DNA from: an uncultured Roseovarius sp.
Lineage (GTDB): Bacteria; Pseudomonadota; Alphaproteobacteria; Rhodobacterales; Rhodobacteraceae
DNA: 64,000 nucleotides
Direction of reading: 5' to 3'
Assembly (NCBI GenBank): GCA_947499555.1
Contig: CANMOU010000003.1
Span: 258,979 to 322,978 of the forward strand
The notes under the pieces: model-generated
Seen by the model: the letters and a program-made list of their open reading frames with translations, nothing else
The model's database searches: none
What the model was told of the DNA's origin: nothing
Shown: positions 20,265 through 29,326 of the stretch, one piece after another
How positions within the stretch are numbered: the stretch's first letter is position 1
Layout: every line of letters begins with the position of its first letter
Program-made: the position numbers and the translations under genes

Positions 20265-20344
20265 GACGGCAGATGTCGTCGTAAGAAGAGGCCAAGTCAG
20301 CATGTTGACGCTTTTTGGCACGTAACCTAATGGTAAGCCGCGCG

Positions 20345-20418
20345 GCGGGTATGATGTAATGGTAGCCTGTCAGCTTCCCAAGCTGAACGCGCGGGTTCGA
20401 TTCCCGCTACCCGCTCCA
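20345..20418 (+). tRNA. tRNA-Gly (anticodon CCC)
   Basis: Manual fold: acceptor GCGGGTA/TACCCGC, anticodon stem TCAGC/GCTGA with loop TTCCCAA, T-arm GCGGG-TTCGATT-CCCGC, encoded CCA. U8, A14, G18, G19 and A21 are present; the D-stem has one T-C mismatch. Confidence 0.8.
20375..20418 (+). repeat. attL-like: 44-nt 3' half of tRNA-Gly (direct repeat copy 1)
   Basis: TTCCCAAGCTGAACGCGCGGGTTCGATTCCCGCTACCCGCTCCA is identical to 21992-22035. Confidence 0.85.
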
Positions 20419-20459
20419 AGCTCCTTTCTTTCCGATCTTCAACGCGTTAGCGTTCGTTT

Positions 20460-21425
20460 ATGAGCGATTTCAAAGATACATCAGATTGGAAGATTAAGGA
20501 CGGAACGACGCTCATCTATCCGCGCGAGTACAAAGGCAAAAAAGACGAGGTTGAGTCCGAAAAGAAACCGAACCGTCTCAACATGCAAGTCGAGAGGTTG
20601 TCGGTACTCAATACCATGTCTTGGGAGATCGAACGACACAGAGAGCCTGAGCAAGAAGCTGGGTTTTTAACATATGAGTCTATCACTGGACTTGGCGAGT
20701 TAGACAACTGCCGCCTGCACGCCATCACGCTCGACGAGAATGAGAACGAGACATTTACGAAACTCCATGTGGAAATTCACCCTGTCCCGCTTAAGAACCT
20801 ACAGGAAACGGCAAAGGTCGATACCTTGTCCATTATCGGTGAGGACGACGACAAACCCGACGAAGGCTGGATGAAGGACGAGATCGGCTCGATCCATTGC
20901 CACAGCGCGGGCGAGTACTATCACGAGTCACAGATTTTTGCGTCAGTTTTCCTTTCGCAAGAGAAGTTCGACGAACTTGTGACTGCGATTAAGGAGGGCA
21001 CCATCCGTTCTGCGCGAATGGAGATTCTCGCTGACGTCTACGAGTTCGGTTACGAGAGTCTTGGTGCAGATATCCGCGGTCACAAATACAACTACGCGAT
21101 CCTATGCGCGGACGAAGGCGAAAGTGCTAGGGGCAACCCGAAAGGTGCCAGCGGAAAGACGAGTGCAAGACTGCAGGAGGTCGTACTCGAATGGTCGCCG
21201 ACGCTAGACACTAGGATGGCCGCGCGCCGCGACGAGCCGGACGATGAAGACTATCTCGAACCGGATGACTTGGAGCCCGTCGGACGCGACATGGAAAAAA
21301 CAGTCGCTCGGCTGTCCAAAGACGTGCAAGGCATCCGCGGTCGCGTGGATGCATTCTACCAAGCGGCCATATTCGTTGTGATAATCCTAGTGATCTCGCA
21401 GGTTTCGGACTGGATCGGTTTTTGA
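20460..21425 (+). CDS. Hypothetical acidic protein with C-terminal transmembrane anchor (island cargo)
   Basis: 321 aa, no recognisable catalytic motifs, very acidic (EPDDEDYLEPDDLEPVG). The single C-terminal TM helix AAIFVVIILVISQVSDWIGF suggests a tail-anchored protein. GC is lower than in the flanks. Confidence 0.6.
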   Translation: MSDFKDTSDWKIKDGTTLIYPREYKGKKDEVESEKKPNRLNMQVERLSVLNTMSWEIERHREPEQEAGFLTYESITGLGELDNCRLHAITLDENENETFTKLHVEIHPVPLKNLQETAKVDTLSIIGEDDDKPDEGWMKDEIGSIHCHSAGEYYHESQIFASVFLSQEKFDELVTAIKEGTIRSARMEILADVYEFGYESLGADIRGHKYNYAILCADEGESARGNPKGASGKTSARLQEVVLEWSPTLDTRMAARRDEPDDEDYLEPDDLEPVGRDMEKTVARLSKDVQGIRGRVDAFYQAAIFVVIILVISQVSDWIGF

Positions 21426-21459
21426 AAGTGCTGGCCTAATGCTCCATCTTGGTTCAAAC

Positions 21460-21927
21460 ATGCGCCTTTTCCTCCTCCTCCTCTCTCTCCTGTCTACATC
21501 TCTCGCCACGGGCGCGTCTGCCGCTTGCAACATTGTGAACGGGAGAGCCTATGGGGACTGCGCAGGGGTGACCGTGAATACCGGCAGCACGCCCTTCCAA
21601 GTGATCGGCACTTACCGCTCGCGGTCGGGCATCTCGGAGGGCGCGCAAGTACTCTCGGGTGGGTCGCTCTCGGTATCCGGCATCGCTGACCGAGTGATCG
21701 TGGAACAAGGGGGCACAGCACACATCTCGGGAACCGTGCAGAGGTTGGAGGTGAGCGGTGTAGCTCACGTCTCTGGGACTGTGAACTCGATACTACTGCG
21801 TGATAGCGGATGCGTGATCGTCGAGGGCATCGTGGGGGGAATATCGGGCAACGGGACCGCCTTACTCGAGACGGGATCGGCGGATGCGGGCCGCCCGACC
21901 GGCGCGACGCATGAGGTCACTTACTGA
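21460..21927 (+). CDS. Hypothetical secreted Gly/Ser/Val-repeat protein (island cargo)
   Basis: Signal peptide MRLFLLLLSLLSTSLATGASAA. The mature part is built of short xSGxV-type repeats (VSGIADRV, ISGTVQRLEVSGVAHVSGTV, VGGISGNGT), which suggests a small beta-helix or beta-roll. Confidence 0.55.
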   Translation: MRLFLLLLSLLSTSLATGASAACNIVNGRAYGDCAGVTVNTGSTPFQVIGTYRSRSGISEGAQVLSGGSLSVSGIADRVIVEQGGTAHISGTVQRLEVSGVAHVSGTVNSILLRDSGCVIVEGIVGGISGNGTALLETGSADAGRPTGATHEVTY

Positions 21928-21991
21928 CAAATTACTGACGCGACCTCAATTGCGCCCACAAAATAAGGCGGTTTCAAAGGATCACTTATGG

Positions 21992-22035
21992 TTCCCAAGC
22001 TGAACGCGCGGGTTCGATTCCCGCTACCCGCTCCA
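21992..22035 (+). repeat. attR-like: second copy of the 44-nt tRNA-Gly 3' half (no 5' half, not a gene)
   Basis: Perfect identity to 20375-20418. The preceding sequence (CACTTATGG) cannot form the anticodon stem. Confidence 0.85.
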
Positions 22036-22621
22036 TAACCTCCGAAATTATCGAAGTCAGTTCTGCAGGGGTCAGGTCACGATCATGCCTGCACAACAAA
22101 CCATGGTCAGCGCCAGAAGTACCGCCAGTTCCAGCAAAGGCAAAAAAGATAACAGACGGCTGTCCCACCATCGCGACATAAGACGCATGGCGCGGCAACG
22201 TCGGCTGCCGGGGACGGGCGTGAGGTGAACATCGAATGTCGAATGCGGGTTCGAGCAGATCATGAGAATTGTCACACTGGTTAAAGTTACGGGTTCGTTG
22301 GTACTCGTTTCGGCAAAGACTGAGGCCGAATTAGGGGGAGTTTGCCATCATGCCGTCAAACCCGTTACGAGATCGTTAACAAGCCAGGTGGCCTGATCGC
22401 GACGCTGTTCACGTTTGTTGAACAGTTCAGCCTGAGATTTCGCCATCTTGAGAAAAAATAGGTGCGACTGTTTCCGGCAGCGACCTAATCAAACCCTTTG
22501 AAACTGTGGCAATCTCGCCTTATACGACGGTGCGTTTTCTTGGAAACAATCTGTTTTCACCCGTGTTCGGCTCCTGATAAGACGTCAGACCACACGAAAG
22601 GTCAGGAATAAGGAGCGCCAG

Positions 22622-23233
22622 ATGGCCCTCACCATTGCCATTGACGGACCCGCAGCTTCGGGCAAGGGAACGATTTCCCGGGCGGTCGCTGAGCGTTTTG
22701 GGTTTGCGCATCTAGACACCGGGCTGCTCTACCGCGCGACGGGCCTGCGAACGCTTGACGGGACGGACCCGCTTTCTGCTGCAATGTCCTTGAAGCCCGA
22801 AGACCTGGAAGCCGACAATCTGCGCACGCCGGATGTCGCCCAGGCTGCCAGCCGGGTTGCCGCTATTCCGGAAGTGCGCGCCGCCTTGATCGACTTTCAA
22901 CGCGCCTTTGCGCGCCGGGCAGGTGGCGCGGTGCTTGACGGGCGCGATATCGGAACCGTCATTTGTCCGGAGGCTGATGTGAAGCTCTACGTGATCGCAA
23001 AAGACGAAGTGCGCGCTCGCAGACGGCTGGTCGAGCTTCTGGCGAAGGGGCATGAGACAGATTTCGAAACGGTTTTGCGGGATTTGCAGGCGCGCGATGC
23101 ACAGGACAGCGCTCGCGCGACGGCCCCTTTGAAACCAGCCCAAGATGCCATCTTGATCGATACCACGGATCTAAGCATTGAAGAGGCTGTGGAGGCGGCC
23201 TGCGCTGAGGTTTCAAAAAAGCATCAGATCTGA
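22622..23233 (+). CDS. cmk: Cytidylate kinase
   Basis: P-loop [13 protein letters not shown]; 203 aa with Cmk-family motifs. Conserved neighbour of rpsA. Confidence 0.9.
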   Translation: MALTIAIDGPAASGKGTISRAVAERFGFAHLDTGLLYRATGLRTLDGTDPLSAAMSLKPEDLEADNLRTPDVAQAASRVAAIPEVRAALIDFQRAFARRAGGAVLDGRDIGTVICPEADVKLYVIAKDEVRARRRLVELLAKGHETDFETVLRDLQARDAQDSARATAPLKPAQDAILIDTTDLSIEEAVEAACAEVSKKHQI

Positions 23234-23525
23234 AGGCGGGGTTGGCAGGACTATGCCAATGAGACAAGGGATTTGCCCTTGATTAACCTGAGCCTGCGGG
23301 CTATAGCGCCCCCGTCGACAAGGCGGAAACCGCCGCGAAGCATATGAGATCGAGCAGGGTCGGGATAGTCCGGCCCTCTTTGTTTTGCGAAGTTTTGCGA
23401 AACGCGGCCCGTCTGACCAATGAAACCGTGCTGCCCTCTGGTACCAAAGAGGCAGGGCACCAACCCAGACCGGCGGATCCAACCGCGCGGCCAGAAACAA
23501 TGAAACGTTAGGATTGAAACGCCAC

Positions 23526-25211
23526 ATGGCACAAAACGCATCAATGGAGGAGTTCGAGGCCCTCCTGAATGAAAGCCTCGAAATGGACACGCCCGAAGAG
23601 GGCACTGTTGTCAAAGGCAAGGTCATCGCGATTGAAGCGGGCCAAGCCATCATCGACGTCGGCTACAAAATGGAAGGCCGCGTTGAACTGAAAGAATTCG
23701 CAAATCCCGGAGAAGCCCCTGAAATCGCCGTTGGCGATGAGGTGGAGGTCTTCCTGCGTGCCGCAGAGAACGCCCGTGGCGAGGCCGTTATCTCGCGCGA
23801 GATGGCCCGCCGCGAAGAAGCCTGGGATCGTCTGGAAAAAGCCTATGCCGATGACGCCCGTGTCGAAGGCGCGATCTTTGGCCGGGTCAAAGGCGGCTTT
23901 ACGGTCGATCTTGGCGGTGCCGTGGCCTTCCTGCCCGGCTCGCAAGTGGATGTGCGCCCCGTGCGCGATGCCGGCCCGCTGATGGGTCTCAAGCAACCGT
24001 TCCAGATTCTGAAAATGGACCGCCGCCGTGGCAACATCGTTGTCTCCCGCCGCGCGATCCTGGAAGAAAGCCGCGCCGAACAGCGCGCCGAAGTCATCGG
24101 CAACCTCACCGAAGGGCAGGCTGTGGAAGGTGTGGTCAAGAACATCACCGAATATGGTGCCTTCGTGGATCTGGGCGGTGTTGACGGCCTTCTGCACGTC
24201 ACCGACATGGCATGGCGTCGGGTCAACCATCCGTCGGAAATCCTTAATATTGGTGAAACCGTCAATGTGCAGGTCATCAAGATCAACAAGGAAACCCACC
24301 GCATTTCACTGGGCATGAAGCAGCTGCAGGAAGATCCATGGGATCTGGTGGCCGCCAAGTATCCGCTGGAAAGCACACATACCGGTCGCGTGACCAACAT
24401 CACCGATTACGGTGCCTTTGTTGAGCTGGAGCCCGGTGTTGAGGGCCTCGTGCACGTCTCTGAAATGTCCTGGACCAAGAAGAACGTGCATCCTGGCAAA
24501 ATCGTCTCGACCTCTCAGGAAGTCGAAGTCATGGTGCTTGAGATCGACGGTGCAAAACGCCGTGTTTCGCTTGGCCTTAAACAGACCATGCGCAACCCAT
24601 GGGAGGTGTTTGCAGAAACCCACCCCGAGGGCACTGAAGTCGAGGGAGAAGTCAAGAACATCACCGAATTCGGTCTCTTCATCGGTCTTGATGGCGATAT
24701 CGACGGGATGGTTCACCTTAGCGACCTAAGCTGGGACGAGCGTGGCGAAGACGCCATCCAGAGCTACAAGAAAGGCGATGTCGTTCAGGCGGTTGTCTCG
24801 GAAGTGGATGTCGAGAAAGAACGCATCTCGCTGTCGATCAAGGCACTGGGAGGCGACAAGTTCGCCGAAGCCGTGGGCGGCGTGAAACGCGGCTCGGTGA
24901 TCACCGTCGAAGTGACAGCCATCGAAGATGGCGGTGTCGAAGTGGAATACGAAGGCATGAAATCCTTCATTCGCCGCTCCGACCTGTCCCGTGATCGTGC
25001 CGAACAGCGGCCGGACCGCTTCTCAGTTGGCGACAAGGTTGACGTTCGTGTCACCAATGTCGACAGCAAGACCCGCCGTCTTGGCCTGTCGATCAAGGCG
25101 CGTGAAATCGCCGAAGAGAAAGAAGCTGTCGAACAGTATGGCAGCTCGGACTCGGGTGCATCGCTCGGTGATATTCTCGGCGCTGCGCTGAAAGGCGACG
25201 AGGACAAATAA
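23526..25211 (+). CDS. rpsA: 30S ribosomal protein S1
   Basis: Six S1-domain repeats (GxV motifs, ...GAFVDLGG..., ...GLLHVSE...). Start taken at MAQNAS; the ORF track begins at an upstream M at 23514. Confidence 0.9.
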   Translation: MAQNASMEEFEALLNESLEMDTPEEGTVVKGKVIAIEAGQAIIDVGYKMEGRVELKEFANPGEAPEIAVGDEVEVFLRAAENARGEAVISREMARREEAWDRLEKAYADDARVEGAIFGRVKGGFTVDLGGAVAFLPGSQVDVRPVRDAGPLMGLKQPFQILKMDRRRGNIVVSRRAILEESRAEQRAEVIGNLTEGQAVEGVVKNITEYGAFVDLGGVDGLLHVTDMAWRRVNHPSEILNIGETVNVQVIKINKETHRISLGMKQLQEDPWDLVAAKYPLESTHTGRVTNITDYGAFVELEPGVEGLVHVSEMSWTKKNVHPGKIVSTSQEVEVMVLEIDGAKRRVSLGLKQTMRNPWEVFAETHPEGTEVEGEVKNITEFGLFIGLDGDIDGMVHLSDLSWDERGEDAIQSYKKGDVVQAVVSEVDVEKERISLSIKALGGDKFAEAVGGVKRGSVITVEVTAIEDGGVEVEYEGMKSFIRRSDLSRDRAEQRPDRFSVGDKVDVRVTNVDSKTRRLGLSIKAREIAEEKEAVEQYGSSDSGASLGDILGAALKGDEDK

Positions 25212-25237
25212 GCCTCTGGGCGAAAAGTTATTGGAAA

Positions 25238-25268
25238 GGCCCTGCCAACTGGTGGGGCCTTTCTTATG
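25238..25268 (+). terminator. Putative rho-independent terminator after rpsA
   Basis: Hairpin AAAGGCCC-12-nt loop-GGGCCTTT followed by CTTAT. Confidence 0.45.
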
Positions 25269-25388
25269 TGGACGACTGTCAAGTGAGATCGTCAATGCTG
25301 CGGATGCTCAATCCGCCCTCAAATGGCCGCTTTGAGCTCAAAGTGCATGATGCTGCGCGGCGAACGAATGGCCGGTCTTCGCTTGCGC

Positions 25389-26201
25389 TCAGTTTCCTCC
25401 AGGCTTCGTCGCAATCTGGCTCACGTAAGACATAAAACCGAAGAAGGTGTTTTCAGAGACCCGGCGTCTTGCTTCTGTCTTCAATGCCTCCGCAGTTTCA
25501 GGAAAAAGCACGCGCTCTTCGACCATACGGTCTGCGCCACGGTCAATGACAGTCAGGAAGTACGTAGCTTCTTCTTCGGCGACGTATCCATGCCCTCTAC
25601 GCGCCCCAAGTTGAAAACCAGCTTCGGCAAGCATGCCGGAAACTTGTCGCATAATCCAAAGGTTGGTGACGTTTTGATTGATCATGAACCGGACAAGTTG
25701 ATCCAGCGGGTCGAAGTCTGCAATCTGCGCGGTGGCGGTATCGTAATCGCCGTCACAGATCGCCAACACGCCGCCCGGCTTCAGGATACGGAACGCTTCT
25801 TGAACCACCTCTTCGGGGCCCGGAACATGGCACAGCAAGGTATGCATCAAAACAAGGTCGAATGAGGCGTCTTCAAAACCAGTGTTCTTTGCATCGCCTA
25901 TTTCGAAGCTGAGCCGCGCATCATCTCCAAAGCACTTTTTTGCCCGTGCCACCATCACAGGCGAAGGTTCGAGCCCGTGCGCAAATTCTGCGCCAGCAAG
26001 GTCCAGTAGGTCTTTGGTTACATGGCCTGTGCCGGACCCCAGTTCCAACGCACGTGCATTGCTCGGAAGCTCTAAGTCATTCAAATAGGCTTTGCGAATG
26101 GCTACTTGCGCAGGCTCAAGACAGCGGGCTTCCATCGCCGCGGCAATCCGTTCCTGCAGCGCGGGCTCTTGCGCTCCAAGATCAGAATAAGGATCAGACA
26201 T
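25389..26201 (-). CDS. Class I SAM-dependent methyltransferase
   Basis: Motif I LELGSGTGHVT and motif post-I/II (LKPGGVLAI). Inserted on the opposite strand between rpsA and ihfB. Confidence 0.8.
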   Translation of the reverse strand: MSDPYSDLGAQEPALQERIAAAMEARCLEPAQVAIRKAYLNDLELPSNARALELGSGTGHVTKDLLDLAGAEFAHGLEPSPVMVARAKKCFGDDARLSFEIGDAKNTGFEDASFDLVLMHTLLCHVPGPEEVVQEAFRILKPGGVLAICDGDYDTATAQIADFDPLDQLVRFMINQNVTNLWIMRQVSGMLAEAGFQLGARRGHGYVAEEEATYFLTVIDRGADRMVEERVLFPETAEALKTEARRRVSENTFFGFMSYVSQIATKPGGN

Positions 26202-26904
26202 GGCTTACCCCATTAGAATAAATGATGGGGCAGAATTCTAAACATATTTCACCACGAGATCAAAAAAGCAGACCTTTGGGAAAGGTGGCCGAACGGCAGC
26301 AAAGTCCGCTTAGCTACCAGACGTCTGCTCTGAGACCGAAGTGCAACCCCTTGCGCAGAATCAAGGCCGCAGGCCGCCGCGCGATCGGTCGTTGATTGAG
26401 GCGCCATTTGTCCGAGCCCAATGGACGACATCGCCCCCCGGGGCTGGCGACGGTTCAATGTGGGTGCGTCGATCAAAGAACTTGCGGATTTGACTGACAT
26501 AAACTGCGACGAAATTCGGTCGATCGCCATCCCGCGGTCTAGCCATCGCGCGGCTCATCGCTGAAAGTCCGGAACGGCTGCTTCGTCCGCGGAGAGCCGG
26601 GCCTTGACGTTTGCCAAAATCTGGACGTTTCACCAGGTTCTGTGGGTAGGGTGCGACGGCGTTCATGCCCGCCATTTCTCATCCGAATCAATGGCTTTGC
26701 TGCGTTGCAAAAGACAGGTGCGACAACCCGCCACGTCTCAATAATTTGGGAAATGGTCGCGCAAACCGGCGGGTTGGGCGGATTTTCCCCCTTATTTCCG
26801 CTAATTGGCTTGGCTTTCCGTTTTCAGCATCGGTGTTTTCCATCTATACTTTTGCCGAGCACATAGATGCTAAGCTGCTGCAATAACAAACTTTGGGGGG
26901 ACCG

Positions 26905-27189
26905 ATGATCCGATCAGAACTTATTCAAAAGATCGCTGACGAAAACCCGCATCTCTATCAGCGCGACGTCGAGCGCATCGTGAACACGTTCTTCAATGAG
27001 ATCACCGGAGCCATGGCCAAGGGGCATCGCGTCGAGTTACGCGGCTTCGGCGCGTTTTCGGTGAAGAAGCGTGATGCGCGCACGGGTCGCAATCCGCGCA
27101 CCGGAGAATCGGTTCCGGTTGAAGAGAAGCATGTGCCGTTTTTTAAAGCGGGCAAGTTGCTGCGCGAACGGCTGAACGGAAAAGCATAA
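26905..27189 (+). CDS. ihfB: Integration host factor subunit beta
   Basis: [11 protein letters not shown]...[26 protein letters not shown] is the HU/IHF fold signature arm. It sits in the conserved position after rpsA. Confidence 0.9.
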   Translation: MIRSELIQKIADENPHLYQRDVERIVNTFFNEITGAMAKGHRVELRGFGAFSVKKRDARTGRNPRTGESVPVEEKHVPFFKAGKLLRERLNGKA

Positions 27190-27539
27190 TGCGTTACATC
27201 CGCTATGCGTCGATCGCTGTGTTCGGTCTGGCGCTGGTTTTGATTGCGCTGGCCAATCGCCAGGTTGTTGAGCTGAAAGTTCTGCCTGCGGAGCTCTCGG
27301 GCCTTGCGGCGCTCAACCCGTCTTACCAGATACCGCTCTTCGTTGTGATCTTCGGAGGCATACTGGCTGGGCTCATTGTTGGGTTCATCTGGGAGTGGAT
27401 CCGCGAGGCAGGCGAGCGGGCTGCCGCGGCCCGCCAGGCGCGGGAGATGGCCAATCTGCGAGCCGAAATCGCAAGGCTGAAGGGCGAGAAGCACGAAGGC
27501 AAAGACGAGGTGCTTGCCCTTCTGGACGAGGCTAGCTAA
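27189..27539 (+). CDS. LapA-family/DUF1049 inner-membrane protein
   Basis: 116 aa. Two TM helices followed by a charged coiled-coil tail ([32 protein letters not shown]). Confidence 0.55.
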   Translation: MRYIRYASIAVFGLALVLIALANRQVVELKVLPAELSGLAALNPSYQIPLFVVIFGGILAGLIVGFIWEWIREAGERAAAARQAREMANLRAEIARLKGEKHEGKDEVLALLDEAS

Positions 27540-27549
27540 GCCTCGGATC

Positions 27550-28194
27550 ATGCCTAGGGATGTCAAAGTGAAACTATGCGGGCTGACCCGGCCCGAGGAC
27601 GTCGTTGTGGCCGCAGAGGCCGGCGCGGCCTATGTCGGCTTTGTGTTTTTTCCCAAATCGCCGCGTTACGTGACACTGGAGCACGCGCGGGAGATGGCAT
27701 TGGCGGCGCCCCTTGGACTTGCCAAAGTCGGCCTTGTCGTCGATCCCGATAACGCAACCCTCGACCGTCTGACCGATCAGGTGCCGCTGGATATGATCCA
27801 GCTTCATGGCCATGAAAGCCCCGATCGCGTGATCGAAGTCAAAAAGCGCTACGGATTGCCTGTGATGAAGGCGGTGGGTGTGGCTGATGAAACCGATCTG
27901 GCCGCGATTGACACCTATAGCGAAGTTGCGGACCAAATTCTTCTCGACACAAAACCACCCAAGGATGCAACGCGACCAGGCGGCAACGCGGTTGCGTTTG
28001 ACTGGACCCTGATCGCAGGGCGCCGTTGGAGCGTGCCGTGGATGCTTGCTGGTGGCCTGACCATCGACAACGTCGCCGAGGCCATTCGGCGCACAGGCGC
28101 AAAACAGCTTGATCTGTCTTCGGCTCTGGAAAGCGCGCCGGGCGTCAAGGATCACGCGAAGATGCGCGCCTTCGTCGAGGCGGCCCTCGCGTGA
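27550..28194 (+). CDS. trpF: Phosphoribosylanthranilate isomerase
   Basis: [12 protein letters not shown] and QLHGHE motifs of the TrpF TIM barrel. ATG at 27550. Confidence 0.9.
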   Translation: MPRDVKVKLCGLTRPEDVVVAAEAGAAYVGFVFFPKSPRYVTLEHAREMALAAPLGLAKVGLVVDPDNATLDRLTDQVPLDMIQLHGHESPDRVIEVKKRYGLPVMKAVGVADETDLAAIDTYSEVADQILLDTKPPKDATRPGGNAVAFDWTLIAGRRWSVPWMLAGGLTIDNVAEAIRRTGAKQLDLSSALESAPGVKDHAKMRAFVEAALA

Positions 28195-28640
28195 TCACCT
28201 TTCGCAAGGCCACAGAAGCGGACGTTCCGGCGGTTTTGTCCCTGTTGCAGGACGATATGCTGGGCCAAGCGCGCGAAGGCGCTGACCTGGGTCACTACCA
28301 GGCGGCCTTTGCCGCGATGCAGTCCGAAGGCAACAACCACCTGATTGTCGGGGAGGATGATTTGCACCGCGTGGTTGCCACCTACCAGATCACCTTCATC
28401 AGGGGTCTGTCTCTGCGCGCGGCCCGCCGGGCGCAGATCGAAAGCGTGCGGGTGGCCAGCGCTCTGCGCGGGCAGGGGATCGGCGCAGATATGGTGGAGG
28501 ACATGATCGCGCGTGCTCGCGCGGCCAAGTGCAGTCTGATGCAACTTACCATGAACAACACGCGCACCGACACGCACCGCTTTTACGAACGCATGGGCTT
28601 TGTCGCGTCACATACCGGTTTCAAACTGCCGCTGGATTAG
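28191..28640 (+). CDS. GNAT-family N-acetyltransferase
   Basis: Acetyl-CoA binding motif A ([17 protein letters not shown]) and the RFYERMGF C-terminal motif. ATGA overlap with trpF. Confidence 0.8.
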   Translation: MITFRKATEADVPAVLSLLQDDMLGQAREGADLGHYQAAFAAMQSEGNNHLIVGEDDLHRVVATYQITFIRGLSLRAARRAQIESVRVASALRGQGIGADMVEDMIARARAAKCSLMQLTMNNTRTDTHRFYERMGFVASHTGFKLPLD

Positions 28641-29200
28641 CCCGCCCATTGGGCGCAGGACGCATCGGTCACGCTGGTCTGTTGCATCCAGCCACCGCTT
28701 TTGAATGAAGCCCAGTTGCCCGTATGTGTTGTAACATAGCTCCATCCGGCTCGGCCGAGATGCGAATAGAGGATGTAATCGCCCGGCTCGATCCGCCCAA
28801 TCACCGCCGAGCTGTTGTCATGACCTGCATGCAAAGGCATCACAGGCCCCAACCAGCCAAGACACCCCGATTCAAACTCATCGCGGATTGGCAGATCGCG
28901 CAACTGCCTTCGGATGGCCATGTCAATCAACGCCAATCCCGCGCGACTTGTGTCGACCTGACAACCATGCTGTGCCTCAAGGGCGCGGATTTCATCCACG
29001 ATCCTCTTTTGATCCGGTGCGATCGTCACAGATGTCCCGATACAATCGGCATTGTTGAACAACGCCTGTCCCAGTTTCGATCCAAAGCAATAGCCCGCCC
29101 GATCAAAGATCAGGTTGCGGGTGAACCAGATATCCTCGCACCCGTCGCTGGCGAAAGCACCGCCCGCGAGAAGACCAAAGAGAAGGGCCAGACCACGCAT
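28637..29200 (-). CDS. Secreted protein with YARHG-like and bacterial SH3-like domains
   Basis: Signal peptide MRGLALLFGLLAGGAFA. RNLIFDRAGYCFGS resembles the YARHG motif, and the C-terminal GRIEPGDYILYS...GWSYV resembles SH3b. It is the real 3' part of a long ORF-track entry (28637..30199) that otherwise runs antisense through trpB. Confidence 0.6.
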   Translation of the reverse strand: MRGLALLFGLLAGGAFASDGCEDIWFTRNLIFDRAGYCFGSKLGQALFNNADCIGTSVTIAPDQKRIVDEIRALEAQHGCQVDTSRAGLALIDMAIRRQLRDLPIRDEFESGCLGWLGPVMPLHAGHDNSSAVIGRIEPGDYILYSHLGRAGWSYVTTHTGNWASFKSGGWMQQTSVTDASCAQWAG

Positions 29201-29326
29201 TGTTTCAGCTTGCGGACCTCGTGGCCATTTGCCAAGCCTTATCTGCGAAATGCCGCACGCCTTTTGACTGGAAAATCCCCAAACCCTCCCATATTCAGTG
29301 GCGGGTGAGATAAAGGGACATGCGCG

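Noticed and set aside
20419-21991. Integrase/recombinase expected inside the tRNA-Gly island
   Set aside because: None of the six-frame ORFs in the interval shows tyrosine- or serine-recombinase motifs. The island appears to be a cargo-only remnant.
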